Shown: piece after piece, positions 1 to 32,725 of the stretch
How the letters are laid out: each line of letters begins with the position of its first letter
How positions within the stretch are numbered: the stretch's first letter is position 1
Assembly: GCA_965112735.1 (NCBI GenBank)
Contig: OZ218955.1
Span: forward strand, 1,736,001 to 1,800,000
Origin: Phaeosaccion multiseriatum
Taxonomy: Eukaryota; Protista; Ochrophyta, other classes
Reading direction: 5' to 3'
Length of the DNA: 64,000 nucleotides
Notes under the pieces: model-generated
What the model saw: the letters and a program-made list of their open reading frames with translations, nothing else
The model's database searches: none
Told to the model about the DNA's origin: nothing
Made by a program: the position numbers and the translations under genes

Positions 1-94
1 TCAGATCTGTAGCGGCTCTGGCAGCCCAGGCGTTGGTGCCCACAGCCAAGAGGGCTAATCCCCGGCAGAGGAAAGCCGCCAGAAAGAGAGCCAT
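1..94 (-). CDS. Probable 5' end of a secreted/endomembrane protein (signal peptide), running off the window edge
   Basis: Minus-strand ATG at 94-92 opens MALFLAAFLCRGLALLAVGTNAWAARAATDL, a hydrophobic signal-peptide-like stretch open to position 1. Not in the ORF track. Confidence 0.35.
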   Translation of the reverse strand, partial: MALFLAAFLCRGLALLAVGTNAWAARAATDL

Positions 95-618
95 GAGGGG
101 CCGGGCGTGAGCAAGGGGGGGCTAATGTAATGTACGCTTATTGGCCCCCCTTGGTGTGAGCAAGTGAGCGATGAGGTCGGGGCGGAAGAGAGCGAAGAGA
201 GGGAGGGAGGGGACGAGGCCTGAAATGATTGCACCTTACTTGCTTGGCCTCCGGAGAAGGAGGGAAAAGTGGGCAACGAAGGGTCCGAGCGGCCGACAGA
301 GAGAGAGGGAGGATGGGGGGGGGAGGGGGCCCAAGGACGGATGGCTGTGCCTTGGTTTTTCTGTTTTACTCGCCTTCAAGAGAAAAGGCCGAAAGGGAAA
401 GGCCGAAAGGGAAAAAAAATTGTTAATAACCAGCAAAAGAAGGAGAAGCGAAAAGCAAAAAGCTGCTTCTTCACCACAAAACCTGTTCTGCGTATCTGAT
501 GTGTTGCATCTCTCTCTCTGTATGTGTCTTGTCTATATCTGCGTGTGTGTGTAACTGAAGCTTGCTTATCGTAAGGCAGCTCCCGTACGCTTCCAAAGTG
601 TCATTGCGCTCGAGCACG

Positions 619-649
<31 letters not shown>

Positions 650-772
650 CCCGACCCTCCTCTCACTCAGACGAAGGCCACTGCGAACGCCGCTCTTGAC
701 TACACTCCGAACAACTTGAAACCGATTCTTGACCAGCTCGCTGCACGACGGGGACAACCAATTAACGGAAAG

Positions 773-797
773 ACTTACGTATCGTACTTACGTAAGG
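773..797. promoter_or_regulatory. Double-ACGT element containing palindrome CTTACGTAAG (candidate bZIP site)
   Basis: ACTTACGTATCGTACTTACGTAAGG is 23/25 identical to 32248-32272. A TGACGTCA palindrome lies nearby at 852-859. Confidence 0.4.
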
Positions 798-1960
798 TTT
801 CTCTTAATCGGAGCTCCAAGCTGTTGGACAAAAAGGGGTTCGCAAAGCACCTGACGTCATCCATCTCGGATTCCGAGACACGGGGCTCGTCAACCGCATA
901 CGTGGCCTGGCAGTAAGGCTGATAGGCTGGTAGGCTGGTTGGTAGGCAGGCTGGTCGGCAGGCTGGCAGGCCGGCATCGTCACCACCGCCTGTACGGTAG
1001 AGTAGAAAAGACAAATTCCCACACAAGTGCTTGATCGCCAAGGCCAATGAGCCCCACACACCCGACCGGTGGACACGGTATACACTGTATACACGAGGCG
1101 GAGACTCTCGTCCCCTCCCCAAAGGAGCCTTGACAGGCTTACCAGTTACCAGCATCGTGGAGAGATGCGAGCACGTGGCCTCAGCAAGGGAGCCGGTAAG
1201 GGCTGACAAGAGGCAACCGAGGGGGTCGTCGCAGCCCCGCTGTGCCTCCTCCTCCTCCTCCTCCTCCTCCTCCTCCTGCTGCTGCTGCTGCTGCTGCTGT
1301 GAAAGTGGGGGCCAGCAAGTCCAGCTGGTAGTCCTGATAGACTGCGGCCCGAGGTTCGTAAGCTGTTTGCCCCCACTACCCCCAACCAAACCAAGTGCGC
1401 CCACGTACCACCCCGAAGATCAATCAGTGGGGGTGAAGGAGGGAGCCCCCCCCCCCCTGTGCCTATCCGTGGCCGGGCAGGACGGCAGATACTTGCAGCT
1501 CTGCCCAGCCTCTCCTCAGCTTCCTCTCCACCTCTTCTCAGTCCGGCGGTGTGGAGGAGAAGAGAGGCCACTCCTTCCATCCCACGCCACACGCTGTGTT
1601 GTTCGCGTTGCCCTAAATTACAAGGTGTGTCGCTGGAGGAGAATCGTCGCTGTCGGTACACACATTCAAAAATCAAAACTAGCGGGCTCCTTTGCAGCGA
1701 CGAAGCATGTGCTTGCTGAAAGTAGAAGCAGCTTCCATGCCCTGGAAGTCGTCCGGCCTACCCCCCCCCCCCCCCCGCTCGCTCGCCCGCTCGGCCAGAC
1801 TGCTTGTGGCACGAAGAGCAAGAGAAGAAGCTTGACGAGCAGCAGCTACACACACGCACTCTCCCTTCGGGGCGGGTGAGGGCATGGTGAAGACTGAAAG
1901 TCCCTCCATATTCCCTCGAGCAGCAACAAAGGCCAAACCATCGCCCTCTTTCCTTGTGCC

Positions 1961-2603
1961 TTACACCCCCATTATGTAGCTGCCCGCTGTTGCTCGAGGC
2001 ATCTGTAGAGGGTCAGACGCCTGCAGGCTCCGAGGCGACCCCTTCCCCTGATCGGGCCTGCTGATGGGCATGGCGAAGCCACCACTGAAGGGAGGAAGGG
2101 GGAGGGTGGGCGAGAGGGTGGGTGAGGCCTTGCCGCCGCCGCTGCCACCGCCGCTGCCGCCGCTGCTGCCACTACTGCAGTTGTGAATGACACTGCTGTT
2201 GTTACTGTTGTTGTGCATGCTGAAGCTGCTGTTGTTGCTGTTGTTGCTGTTGCTGTTGCTGGTGCCGTCACCGCCCATGTTACCCAGCGACAATTGGGCG
2301 TAGTCGTAGTACTCCTTCTCTGAGGAGTGTACGTAAGCAGGGACTCTCGGGCAGGCCTCCAATAGGGGTATTTGCGGCGAGGGCATCCCAGAGGGGCTCA
2401 TCCCAGGGGGGCTCATCACAGGGAGGCTCATCCCAGGGGGGCTCATGGGGGTCGACCCAGGAGGGGGGCGTAGTGAGGGAGGGAGCAAGGCGTGCAGCTG
2501 AGCAGGCCACCACCTCTGTTGCGACTGCTGCGCCTGCTGCATGTGCTGTACCTGCTGTAGAGGCTGCTCTTGCTGCTGCTGTTCCTGCTGCTCCTGCTGC
2601 TGT

Positions 2604-2645
<42 letters not shown>

Positions 2646-3960
2646 AGAGGTTGGAGCTGCTGTTGGTGCTGCTGTAGAGGCTGCTGCTGTAGAGGTTGGA
2701 GCTGCTGTTGGTGGTGCTGTTGGTGGTGCTGTTGGTGGTGCTGTTGGTACTGTTGCTGGTGCTGCCGCTGCTGCTGCTGCAGTCTCTGCAGCCGCTCTCG
2801 CTGAGGCTGTGACGGCTCCTGTGGTGAGCGCAGTATTGGCGGTGACGCGCACGAGACAGAGGAGGGGGGCGGGGACGAGGACGGTGGGCCTGAGAAAGAC
2901 ATGCTCTTAAGCCCTTCCACCGCCTTGGCTGCCTCCAGGATCTCCCGCGCCTTCTTCCCACGCGGCATTCGGCGCCTGCCGACGGCACAAAACAGCACGA
3001 GAGAGAGGATGGATGGATGGATGGATGGATGGATGGGGAGGTCAGAGGGTCGAGCCAAAACCCTGGTGGTTCCATGTTTTGGTGCACGTCTTTGGCCACA
3101 CGCCACACCGCATGACCAGCAGCAGGCATTGTACACGCACGGAACTACTGAAGTACTGGAGAGAAACGACCGGGCGGTGGGGAGGGGACCCAAACACAAA
3201 CAAACAACTTGGTCCTCAGTCCTCAGTCCTTCCGTCTTCAGCCCCCCTTGAGCCGATCCTGTACCCTACGATGATGCCGTACCTGCACTTCCTTCGGGCG
3301 ATGCTGCCGATGAGGCTCTCTGCGTCGAAGGGCGGCACGAGGCCGAGCTCCGCGATGATCTTGGGCGTGTACATGGCGCAGGCGGGCTGCTTGCGGCGGA
3401 TCTTCTTGAAACGGAAATAGTTGAGCTGTCGCATGAAGCTATCGTAACTGGGGTTCCGTACGTGTGTGTGTGCGTGTATGGGTGGGTGGGTGAGTGGGGT
3501 TGTGAGAATGTGTGTTTGCATGTGTATGGGTGTGTGTGAGTGTGTGAGGTTGTGGGTGCCTTCGTATGGTAGAGGATGCGGAGGGGAGGGAGGGGAGGGA
3601 GCAGCAGGGCCAAGAGGAAGCGACTGGTCCAGACCTCGCCCACCCACCTTGCGTGATTGAAGTGCAAGCCAAGGATCTTGCTGGCGAGGGCCTCTTTGTC
3701 GTGTATGAGGACGGAGCCTGTAGAGAGCGTGGGAGAATAATAGGGGGGAGGCAGGTCGTCGTAAGGAAAACAAGCAATAACGAGCTGCGCAAAGAGTGGG
3801 GGGGGGGCTAAGAGATTTTTTATTTGAAACTGGAAGGCGCATGCATGCAGCATCGGACGAGCAAGCAAGCAGCACTTAAGGCCATACAGGACAGGTAAGA
3901 AGCTGCCCGATCACATGGGCCAGGCTCGAGAGGTCTTTCCCCGCCCTGTCCCCCCCTCAA

Positions 3961-3992
<32 letters not shown>

Positions 3993-4164
3993 TCCTTTTG
4001 GGTTTACCTGTCTCTCGCTCGAAGGTGATGATGCTGCTGTTTCTCTCGTCAGCGAGGATGTTCACCAGCTTCTGTGCGAAGGGGGCTAAGACTTGCGTCT
4101 TGCCCTTCCTCGAGGCGGGCTCGCTAGGCGATACCTCGCCCGCGAACGCCTCATTGCCGGCCAT
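1961..4164 (-). CDS. Heat shock factor (HSF)-type DNA-binding protein with poly-Q C-terminal region; 4 exons
   Basis: Exons 4164-4008, 3717-3648, 3447-3283 and 2975-1961 join in phase at GT-AG sites. They give PFAQKLVNILADERNSSIITFERETGSVLIHDKEALASKILGLHFNHASYDSFMRQLNYFRFKKI, the HSF DBD signature (F-x-x-KL ... SFxRQLN). The start codon is the first in-frame ATG; an upstream exon is possible. Confidence 0.85.
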
Positions 4165-4427
4165 GACCTTCCCTTCCGTGGCCTGTGCTTTCGAACGCTC
4201 AATATTCAGCCCCCTCAACGTAAATCCCGATCCCAGGACGGAGGCCTTGCATGAAGGCGAGACGAAGGCACCCTTAGACTGTGGTGACGAGCTTGTCTGT
4301 TTCCGCCTTCTTCAATGAGCTACAGCGAGCCGGTTTAGGAAGGCCAGAAGATAAAAGGTGAATAAATATTTCAGCTCATCGGCCCGAGCAGTTGATGATT
4401 CTGGGTTGATTTGATGAGGAGGACAGG

Positions 4428-6638
4428 ATGAACGACATGATCCTTCAAGACGTGATCCATATCTATTACCACCGTCACGACCATGAAGCGCAGCAGGGGA
4501 AGGGACAGCAACCGCAGCCGCAGAGAGGAGACGAGGAGAAGGAGGAGGGGAACGGAGAGGATTTATTATTTATCCAGGCGAGGCAGCACTTCGAGCGAGA
4601 GACACTAAAGGCCACCTTTGGGCGCTGGATAAGGCGGACTCGATTCGCGATGGCCGAGGGGGCGGCGGCGAGGGAGCACAACGAGAGGCTGAAGCGCATC
4701 AGAGAGCTCCAGGAGCGAGCTCAGAAGCAGCAGCAGCGAGCATCTGCTGGTGTTGGCCGGCGAAGACTACGAGGAGGAGTAGGCAAGGGAGGAGGAGGAT
4801 CGCCGCCACCTCCTCCGCGAGCAGCAGCACAAGCACCAGACCAGCGAAAGCCACCTGTGGCCTGGAGAGAGGTTCAGGAGAAGCGGCGGAGGGAGGCAAA
4901 GGATCGAAGGTACGCCTCGTCCCCCTCCTCCTCCTCCCTCAATTGGACATTGCTTGAAAGAGTTTTCGATATGGGTTGAGCAGTGATGAATAGATTTGTG
5001 GTCTCTTTCCCCTTTTCCTACTGTTCGTTCCTCGTTTTTGCTGCTTGCGCACGATGTGGCTTGCGCACGATGTGGCTTGCCCCCTCCCGCCGTGGTCGCT
5101 GTGTCGCTGTGAACAACACACTCAAACATACACGCCCCACCACATCCGCCACAGGAGGGAGGAAGAGGCCGTTGCCGAGCGGAACCGGCTCGAGAGGGAG
5201 GAGGAGGAGCTGAGGAGCATCCAGCGCCAGAAGCAGGAGCACCAGCAGGAGGCCATGCAGCGGGAGAAGGACAGGCAGCACGCGCTACAGACGGCGAGGG
5301 AGATGTGGAGAGGGGCGGTCGAGCACCATCGCAAGGCGGTGTTGTTCTACTCGGGCTTTCTGCCGTGGAGGAGACGGATGGAGAGGAGAGCCATCGACCA
5401 TGTCAAAGCAGCGAGGTACGAATAGATACCGCGCGAAGGGAAGGGCAGGATGCACAGAGTAGGGGTGGTGTGAACGTATTAAAGGAGTCGCATTGCATGC
5501 TTTCCCTCTGGAATAACAAACAAACTCCATGTGCTTTGCTCTGTCAGAGGAGGGAAGGGGCCCCTCTGACGAAGAACCAACGTTATACGCACCCCTCGCC
5601 TCCTCTCCAAACCCTATCTCGTCGTACTCCTTCCCCACGCTGTCAACCTGTCCCTGTCCCTTGCCCCTGCCCCCTGCTCCCTGCTCCCTTTCCTCCACCC
5701 ACCCACCCATCCACACACACCCACCCACCCACATCCGCCCACCAACCAACCACCCACCCACCCACCCACCCACCCACCCACCCACTCACCCACCCACTCA
5801 CCCACTCACCCACTCACCCACTCACCCACCCACCCACCCACCCACCCACTCACCCACCCACCCACCCACTCACCCACTCACCCACCCACCCACCCACCCA
5901 CCCACTCACCCACCCACTCATTGACATACTACACCCACAGATTCGCAGCGTACTGCAGCCTCTCGCGCCACTTCGTCGCGTGGGACTTTGTGCGTTGCCA
6001 AAGAGCGGCGGCGGCAAAGCGGCGATTCGAGGCCCGCCTCACCCACGCACGAGAGCACTTCAGTCGGCGGCTGCTGGGGGCCGTCTGGCGGGTGTGGAAG
6101 TCCCGTCGAGGGGTGGTGGAGGAGCGGGCTGCGGTGATTAGCGCAAGGGTAGTCCTTGGAGTGTTGGCTCGCTGCTTGGACACGTGGAGGGTTGATGCCA
6201 TGCCGAGGTGAGCGGAGCACAGCAGACCAGAGTCGAGCACGCTCTTGGCTCGAGCGCGTCGGGGGACAGGTCATGCGTGTGCGTGTGCGTAAGTGTGCGT
6301 ACGGGTGCGCACGTGTGTGTACGCTCTTGGGTAGTATATTCAGGCTTCAACGCATTCTCCACATGACCCTCTTCCCTCTCCCTTGCCATCTCTTTCTATC
6401 TCGTTGTCCCTCTCTCTCTCTGATCTCTCCCGTCTCTCTCTCTCTCTTGCTCATCTCTCTCTCCCTGATCTCTCCCGTCCCCCTCTCTCTTGCTCATCTC
6501 TCTCTCTCTCTCACTCTCTCTGCCTCTCTCTCTCTCCCGTCTCTCTCTCTCTCTCTCTCTCTCTCTCCCGTCTCTCTCTCTCTCTGATCTCTCCCGTCTC
6601 TCTCTCTCTTGCTCATCTCTCTCACTCTTCCCCCTTTC

Positions 6639-6672
<34 letters not shown>

Positions 6673-6893
6673 CCTCTCGTCTCGCCACCCCCTCTCTCCC
6701 CGGTCTTACCCTACGGCACCGCACCAGAGCTCTAGAGCGATCACGGCACCAACAAGAGCAGGCTGACGGCCAGCGGATCACGGCACTGTTGCGGAGAGGG
6801 CTGCGTGGCTGGAGGGAAGGAGTCAACAAGAGCCGCTTAGACTCCCACGCTGAGGCTGAGTGGAATCGAGTCCGAAGCTGGCTAGGAGAGTAA
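4428..6893 (+). CDS. Coiled-coil protein with Trp-periodic (Sfi1/CCDC191-like) repeats; multi-exon
   Basis: Exonic pieces at ~4428-4909, ~5155-5415, ~5941-6207 and ~6728-6893 read QARQHFERETLKATFGRWIRR, VLFYSGFLPWRRR, LSRHFVAWDF, LLGAVWRVW, LARCLDTWR, LRRGLRGWR and AEWNRVRSWLGE*. They are separated by GT-AG introns filled with (CACC)n and (CT)n. The family call rests on motif resemblance only. Confidence 0.6.
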
Positions 6894-7167
6894 ACACCAA
6901 AATAAATAATCCAATCCCTTCAAACAAACAATGCCTGAGTGAGTGAGAGAGTGAGTGAGTGAGTGAGTGAGTTGGTGAGTTAGTGAGCCTTTGCAAAGCG
7001 ACTGCTGGATATGCCTGCTCGCCCTTGACAAAGTCAATCTCGCAGCGAGGACACGGAAGGGTGGCGGAGCGAATTAATGGAGCCGGGCAATCTAACGCTT
7101 GTGAAGCTTTGAAGCTCTGATTAGTCTATTTCAGTTAACGATACCGTAGTGCATGAGAGTAGGACAT

Positions 7168-18190
<11,023 letters not shown>

Positions 18191-18208
18191 CACGTCTCAT
18201 AGGGCGGG

Positions 18209-18276
<68 letters not shown>

Positions 18277-18365
18277 GAGAGAGCTTAATGCTGTGCCAAT
18301 CCGCCCACCCGCCGTCGGAGTGGCGTTTCATGGAGAGATGTGTAGCTTGGGCGGTATAGAACGGC

Positions 18366-29572
<11,207 letters not shown>

Positions 29573-29849
29573 TATGGGCGCAAATGAGGCAACGTAGGCG
29601 AGGTGGTGCTGACTCCCTCACTCTCCTTTTTCGTTATGCTAAGAGGTGATGCCCGGGCGACAAGAGGGAGACATTACACCCACAAGAAGCCGAGGGGGTG
29701 GCTCTCGGAGTGCGACAAAGCCCAAGCCGGGGGGTGGCTGGAATTACCCAGCCTCTCCACTCCAGTCTCTCCAGTCTCTCCAGTCCGTTCAGTCCGTCCC
29801 ATCCACAATCCGCAAGGGTACTGTAGTGAGTATCCTGTTTGTCTCTATT

Positions 29850-30180
29850 CTTCAAAGTGAACATGGCCCGTGCCTCATCGCCCAACTACAATATTCATTA
29901 TTGCACAGTTTCTGTCCAGTAAAGATGGACATCCATGGCGTCGCCGAGAGACTCCATGTGAATTTTTGAGCTTCTCGCTGTGAAGCTTCGTAACCAGGTT
30001 CGTCCCTGCCATAAAAGCCAAAGGCCTTCTCGCTCTCCTTGCTCGCAGAAGGTCTGAAATTCAAATCAAGAAGGGCGCGTAGCTACACATGGCGTAATGT
30101 TTGCCTCGCAGGGGAGCCTGGGCATAGGTTTTGAAAGGGGGGTTGGGCTGACTGGGTGGGCATGCATGATCACAACAACG
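29850..30180 (-). pseudogene. Possible decayed Fanzor/TnpB (RuvC II - zinc finger - RuvC III) C-terminal remnant
   Basis: Across frameshifts the minus strand reads VVVIMHAHPVSPT / FKTYAQAPLRGKHYAMCSYAPFLI / EFQT / ...EKLKNSHGVSRRRHGCPSLLDRNCAIMNI / GDEARAMF. Order and spacing resemble Fanzor motifs (VVxxG...AP...DEFRTS...HGVxxC...RDxNAAxNI...GxERPxxF). Catalytic residues are degenerate and the match is by eye. Confidence 0.35.
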
Positions 30181-30604
30181 TGTGTCCGCAGCAGGCAGCA
30201 GGGGCAGCACTGCGGGGGACCTCTCTGAATCGGCAAGGCACACTGTGAGCCAATCCACCCCGGCTGACTGGGAGGAAGATGACGCTGTCTCTTGACATCG
30301 CATGATATATTTTCGCTGCTGTGTGTTGTACTGGGAGTTTTTTTAGTTCAAGAGACCGTCGACGTTTGCCGGTGGGAGATACTGGATAATTGACTTTTTA
30401 AAAAGGAGTTTGAACTGATAATCCAAAAACAAAATGCCCTTATGGCTGGGGAGTGGGGCGGGGCTCTTCTGCAGGAAGTCACAGACTTGCCATCCCCATG
30501 GCCAAAGCCCCCCTCCCCTCCTCTTCTCGGCCATGTTGGCCTCCTACCCCGATGGCCCTCTTCCTTCGACTGTCCTCAGGCCCAGCGGCGTCGCATCATC
30601 CCTC

Positions 30605-32122
30605 TTAGCCGCGATATAGCTCCACCCCTTCGGGTAGATCTGCAGGCAGTGGGTATTCCCTCCCAACTGTAAGCTTCCTCAGGCCAGCAGGTAGGCTCCC
30701 CACAGGGCGAGTGTAATGCGGTCCCAACTTCAGCGTCCGCAAAGAAGCAGGCAGGACCAGAGGGAAGTCAAAGTGACCCCCCATCTCCACCTCCTCTACA
30801 CCATCAGGAAGCACCAAGTGGTGATTGAACTTCGAGTTCCAAGCAAAATGAATTCTCTTCAGCGAGGCTGGCAGATCCAGAGGGAAGCTAAAGTGACCCC
30901 CCATCTCCACCTCCTCCACACCATCAGGAAGCACCACGCGTTGATTGAACTTGGAGTCACGAGCAAAATGAATCTTCTTCAGCGAGGCGGGCAGGTCCAG
31001 AGGGAAGTTAAAGTCATCCCCCATCACCACCTCCTCCATTCCGCACGGAAGGACCACGCGCTGATTGAACCTAGCACCAAATTTGATCTTCTTCACCGAG
31101 GCGGGCAGGTCCAGAGCGTGGTTAAAGCAATACCCCGTATCCACCTCCTCCGCACCACAAGGAAGAACCACCTGCTGTGTGAATCTCCCGCTAAACCTGA
31201 TCTTCTTCAGAGAGGCAGGCAGGTCCAGCGGGTGGTCGAAGTCAACCCCCATATACACCTCTTCAATTCCAGAAGGAAGGACCACGGGCTGATTGAAGTG
31301 AAGACCGAATTGGAGCTTCTTCAGGGAGGCAGGCAGGTCCAGAGGGAAGTTAAAGTCACCCCCCATTTGCACCTCCTCCACACCGCACGGAAGGACCACG
31401 TGCTGATTGAACACCCCGCTAAACTTGATCTTCTTCAGGGACGAAGGGAGGTCCAGAGCGCGGTTAAATTTCCACCCCATCTCCAACTCCTCCACACCAC
31501 AAGGAAGGACGATGTGCTTGTTGAACTTCTCGCCCATTTTGATCTTCTTCAGCGAGGCAGGAAGCAAGATCGTCGTATTAAAGGCTGCTCCGAGAATAAT
31601 TTCTTCCACAGTAGCAGGTATAGATACGTTTCGCTGATTGAAATAGTCGGGGAAGACCACACGCTTGACTGATGCTGGTAACACCGCCAGTACCCTTCGA
31701 ACAAGAGCCTCGTCTGCAGTTCTTATGCCCTCGTCCGTCCGATCTTCCCAATCAAGGCCAAGCTTAACAGCCGCCACGCGAAATGACCCTACCACATTCA
31801 CTTGCTGGTCCTGCCGCTCTTCCTCCTTCGCCTGAATCCGCCCCGACCTTCGAGCCCCCTTGACAGGCGTTTTGGCCGCAGCAGCAGCACCCGCTCCCTC
31901 GGATAAGGAAGACGCTGGAGGACGACACCTCTCCTCTTCTCCCTTCTGCTGCCTCAGTCTACTCAGCAAACAACGCCGAACATGCTCAGGCACGGTGCTG
32001 TTGATCACCAGAGTGCGGGAGGTGCCCTGATCGACCTCCTTGCACACTCCCCACAGAGCCTTGTCCGAAGTGAGGCTCGCCACAGTTCTCAAAGCCGCTC
32101 TCGCCGACTTGTGCTCAGGCAT
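30605..32122 (-). CDS. FNIP-repeat (LRR-like) protein, coding region intronless
   Basis: First ATG at 32122 (MPEHKSAR). About 170 aa unique N-terminus, then about 8 tandem 44-46 aa double units (VVLPxGVEEVxMGxxFNFPLDLPASLKKIxFxxxFNQx) matching the FNIP pattern FNQPI...LPxSLxxLxFG. Upstream GT-AG sites (32199-32137) suggest 5' UTR introns. Confidence 0.85.
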   Translation of the reverse strand: MPEHKSARAALRTVASLTSDKALWGVCKEVDQGTSRTLVINSTVPEHVRRCLLSRLRQQKGEEERCRPPASSLSEGAGAAAAAKTPVKGARRSGRIQAKEEERQDQQVNVVGSFRVAAVKLGLDWEDRTDEGIRTADEALVRRVLAVLPASVKRVVFPDYFNQRNVSIPATVEEIILGAAFNTTILLPASLKKIKMGEKFNKHIVLPCGVEELEMGWKFNRALDLPSSLKKIKFSGVFNQHVVLPCGVEEVQMGGDFNFPLDLPASLKKLQFGLHFNQPVVLPSGIEEVYMGVDFDHPLDLPASLKKIRFSGRFTQQVVLPCGAEEVDTGYCFNHALDLPASVKKIKFGARFNQRVVLPCGMEEVVMGDDFNFPLDLPASLKKIHFARDSKFNQRVVLPDGVEEVEMGGHFSFPLDLPASLKRIHFAWNSKFNHHLVLPDGVEEVEMGGHFDFPLVLPASLRTLKLGPHYTRPVGSLPAGLRKLTVGREYPLPADLPEGVELYRG

Positions 32123-32247
32123 TGCCGCACGCTTTTCTGAAGATTTTTGAAGGATACAGGTTGTTTGAGGTTCTGATGGCTTTATTGTGCCTCCCTTACC
32201 TATGGCTACTCTGAGCACACAAAAAAAAGGGAGGGGGAAAAAAATTC

Positions 32248-32272
32248 ACTTACGTGACGTACTTACGTAAGG
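32248..32272. promoter_or_regulatory. Double-ACGT element upstream of the FNIP gene
   Basis: ACTTACGTGACGTACTTACGTAAGG is near-identical to 773-797. It contains TGACGT and the palindrome CTTACGTAAG, and also reads as two GTAAGT donor sites on the minus strand. Confidence 0.4.
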
Positions 32273-32323
32273 CACTAAAAGTAATATCTTCCCCTGTTTC
32301 CTTCCTCTCCTGCACGCCTGCTC

Positions 32324-32725
32324 ATGGCCTCTGCTGCCGCTGCTGTTCCGGCTACAGCGTTGCCCCCATTGCAATGGCCGGACAAGATGATGGCTGCGAG
32401 TGGACGATGGGCCGAGAGCGTCATGAGCAAAGAGGGAGGCGAAGACAGTCGGTCGGCGCTGGAGGCGATGCAGGAGGAGGAGGGAACAGGCGTACAGGTG
32501 GACGAAGGAGAGGCCAAACAATCAGACGAAGGAGATAGAGGGCAGGAGGAGATCGACGACGTGGCACTAGTCTCGGGTGCCAAGTCTCGAGCGGGCAGAG
32601 CGCTGAAGCGCCCCAGCAGCGGAGGGAGGGGCGGGAAGAGTGTCTCATCAAACTTACTTCCGACTTCTAAAGGTGGCAATGTGTACGTAAGAGGCAGGGC
32701 CAAGTGCGGCGCCAGTAGTGGCTAA
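32324..32725 (+). CDS. Hypothetical small acidic/basic low-complexity protein, divergent from the FNIP gene
   Basis: 133-aa ATG-initiated ORF not built from microsatellite; no recognisable domain. Confidence 0.3.
   Translation: MASAAAAVPATALPPLQWPDKMMAASGRWAESVMSKEGGEDSRSALEAMQEEEGTGVQVDEGEAKQSDEGDRGQEEIDDVALVSGAKSRAGRALKRPSSGGRGGKSVSSNLLPTSKGGNVYVRGRAKCGASSG

Noticed and set aside
775-1936. ORFs of 170-280 aa between the window start and the HSF gene
   Set aside because: Driven by short CCT/CTG repeats and GC richness; I found no domain or consistent splice model.
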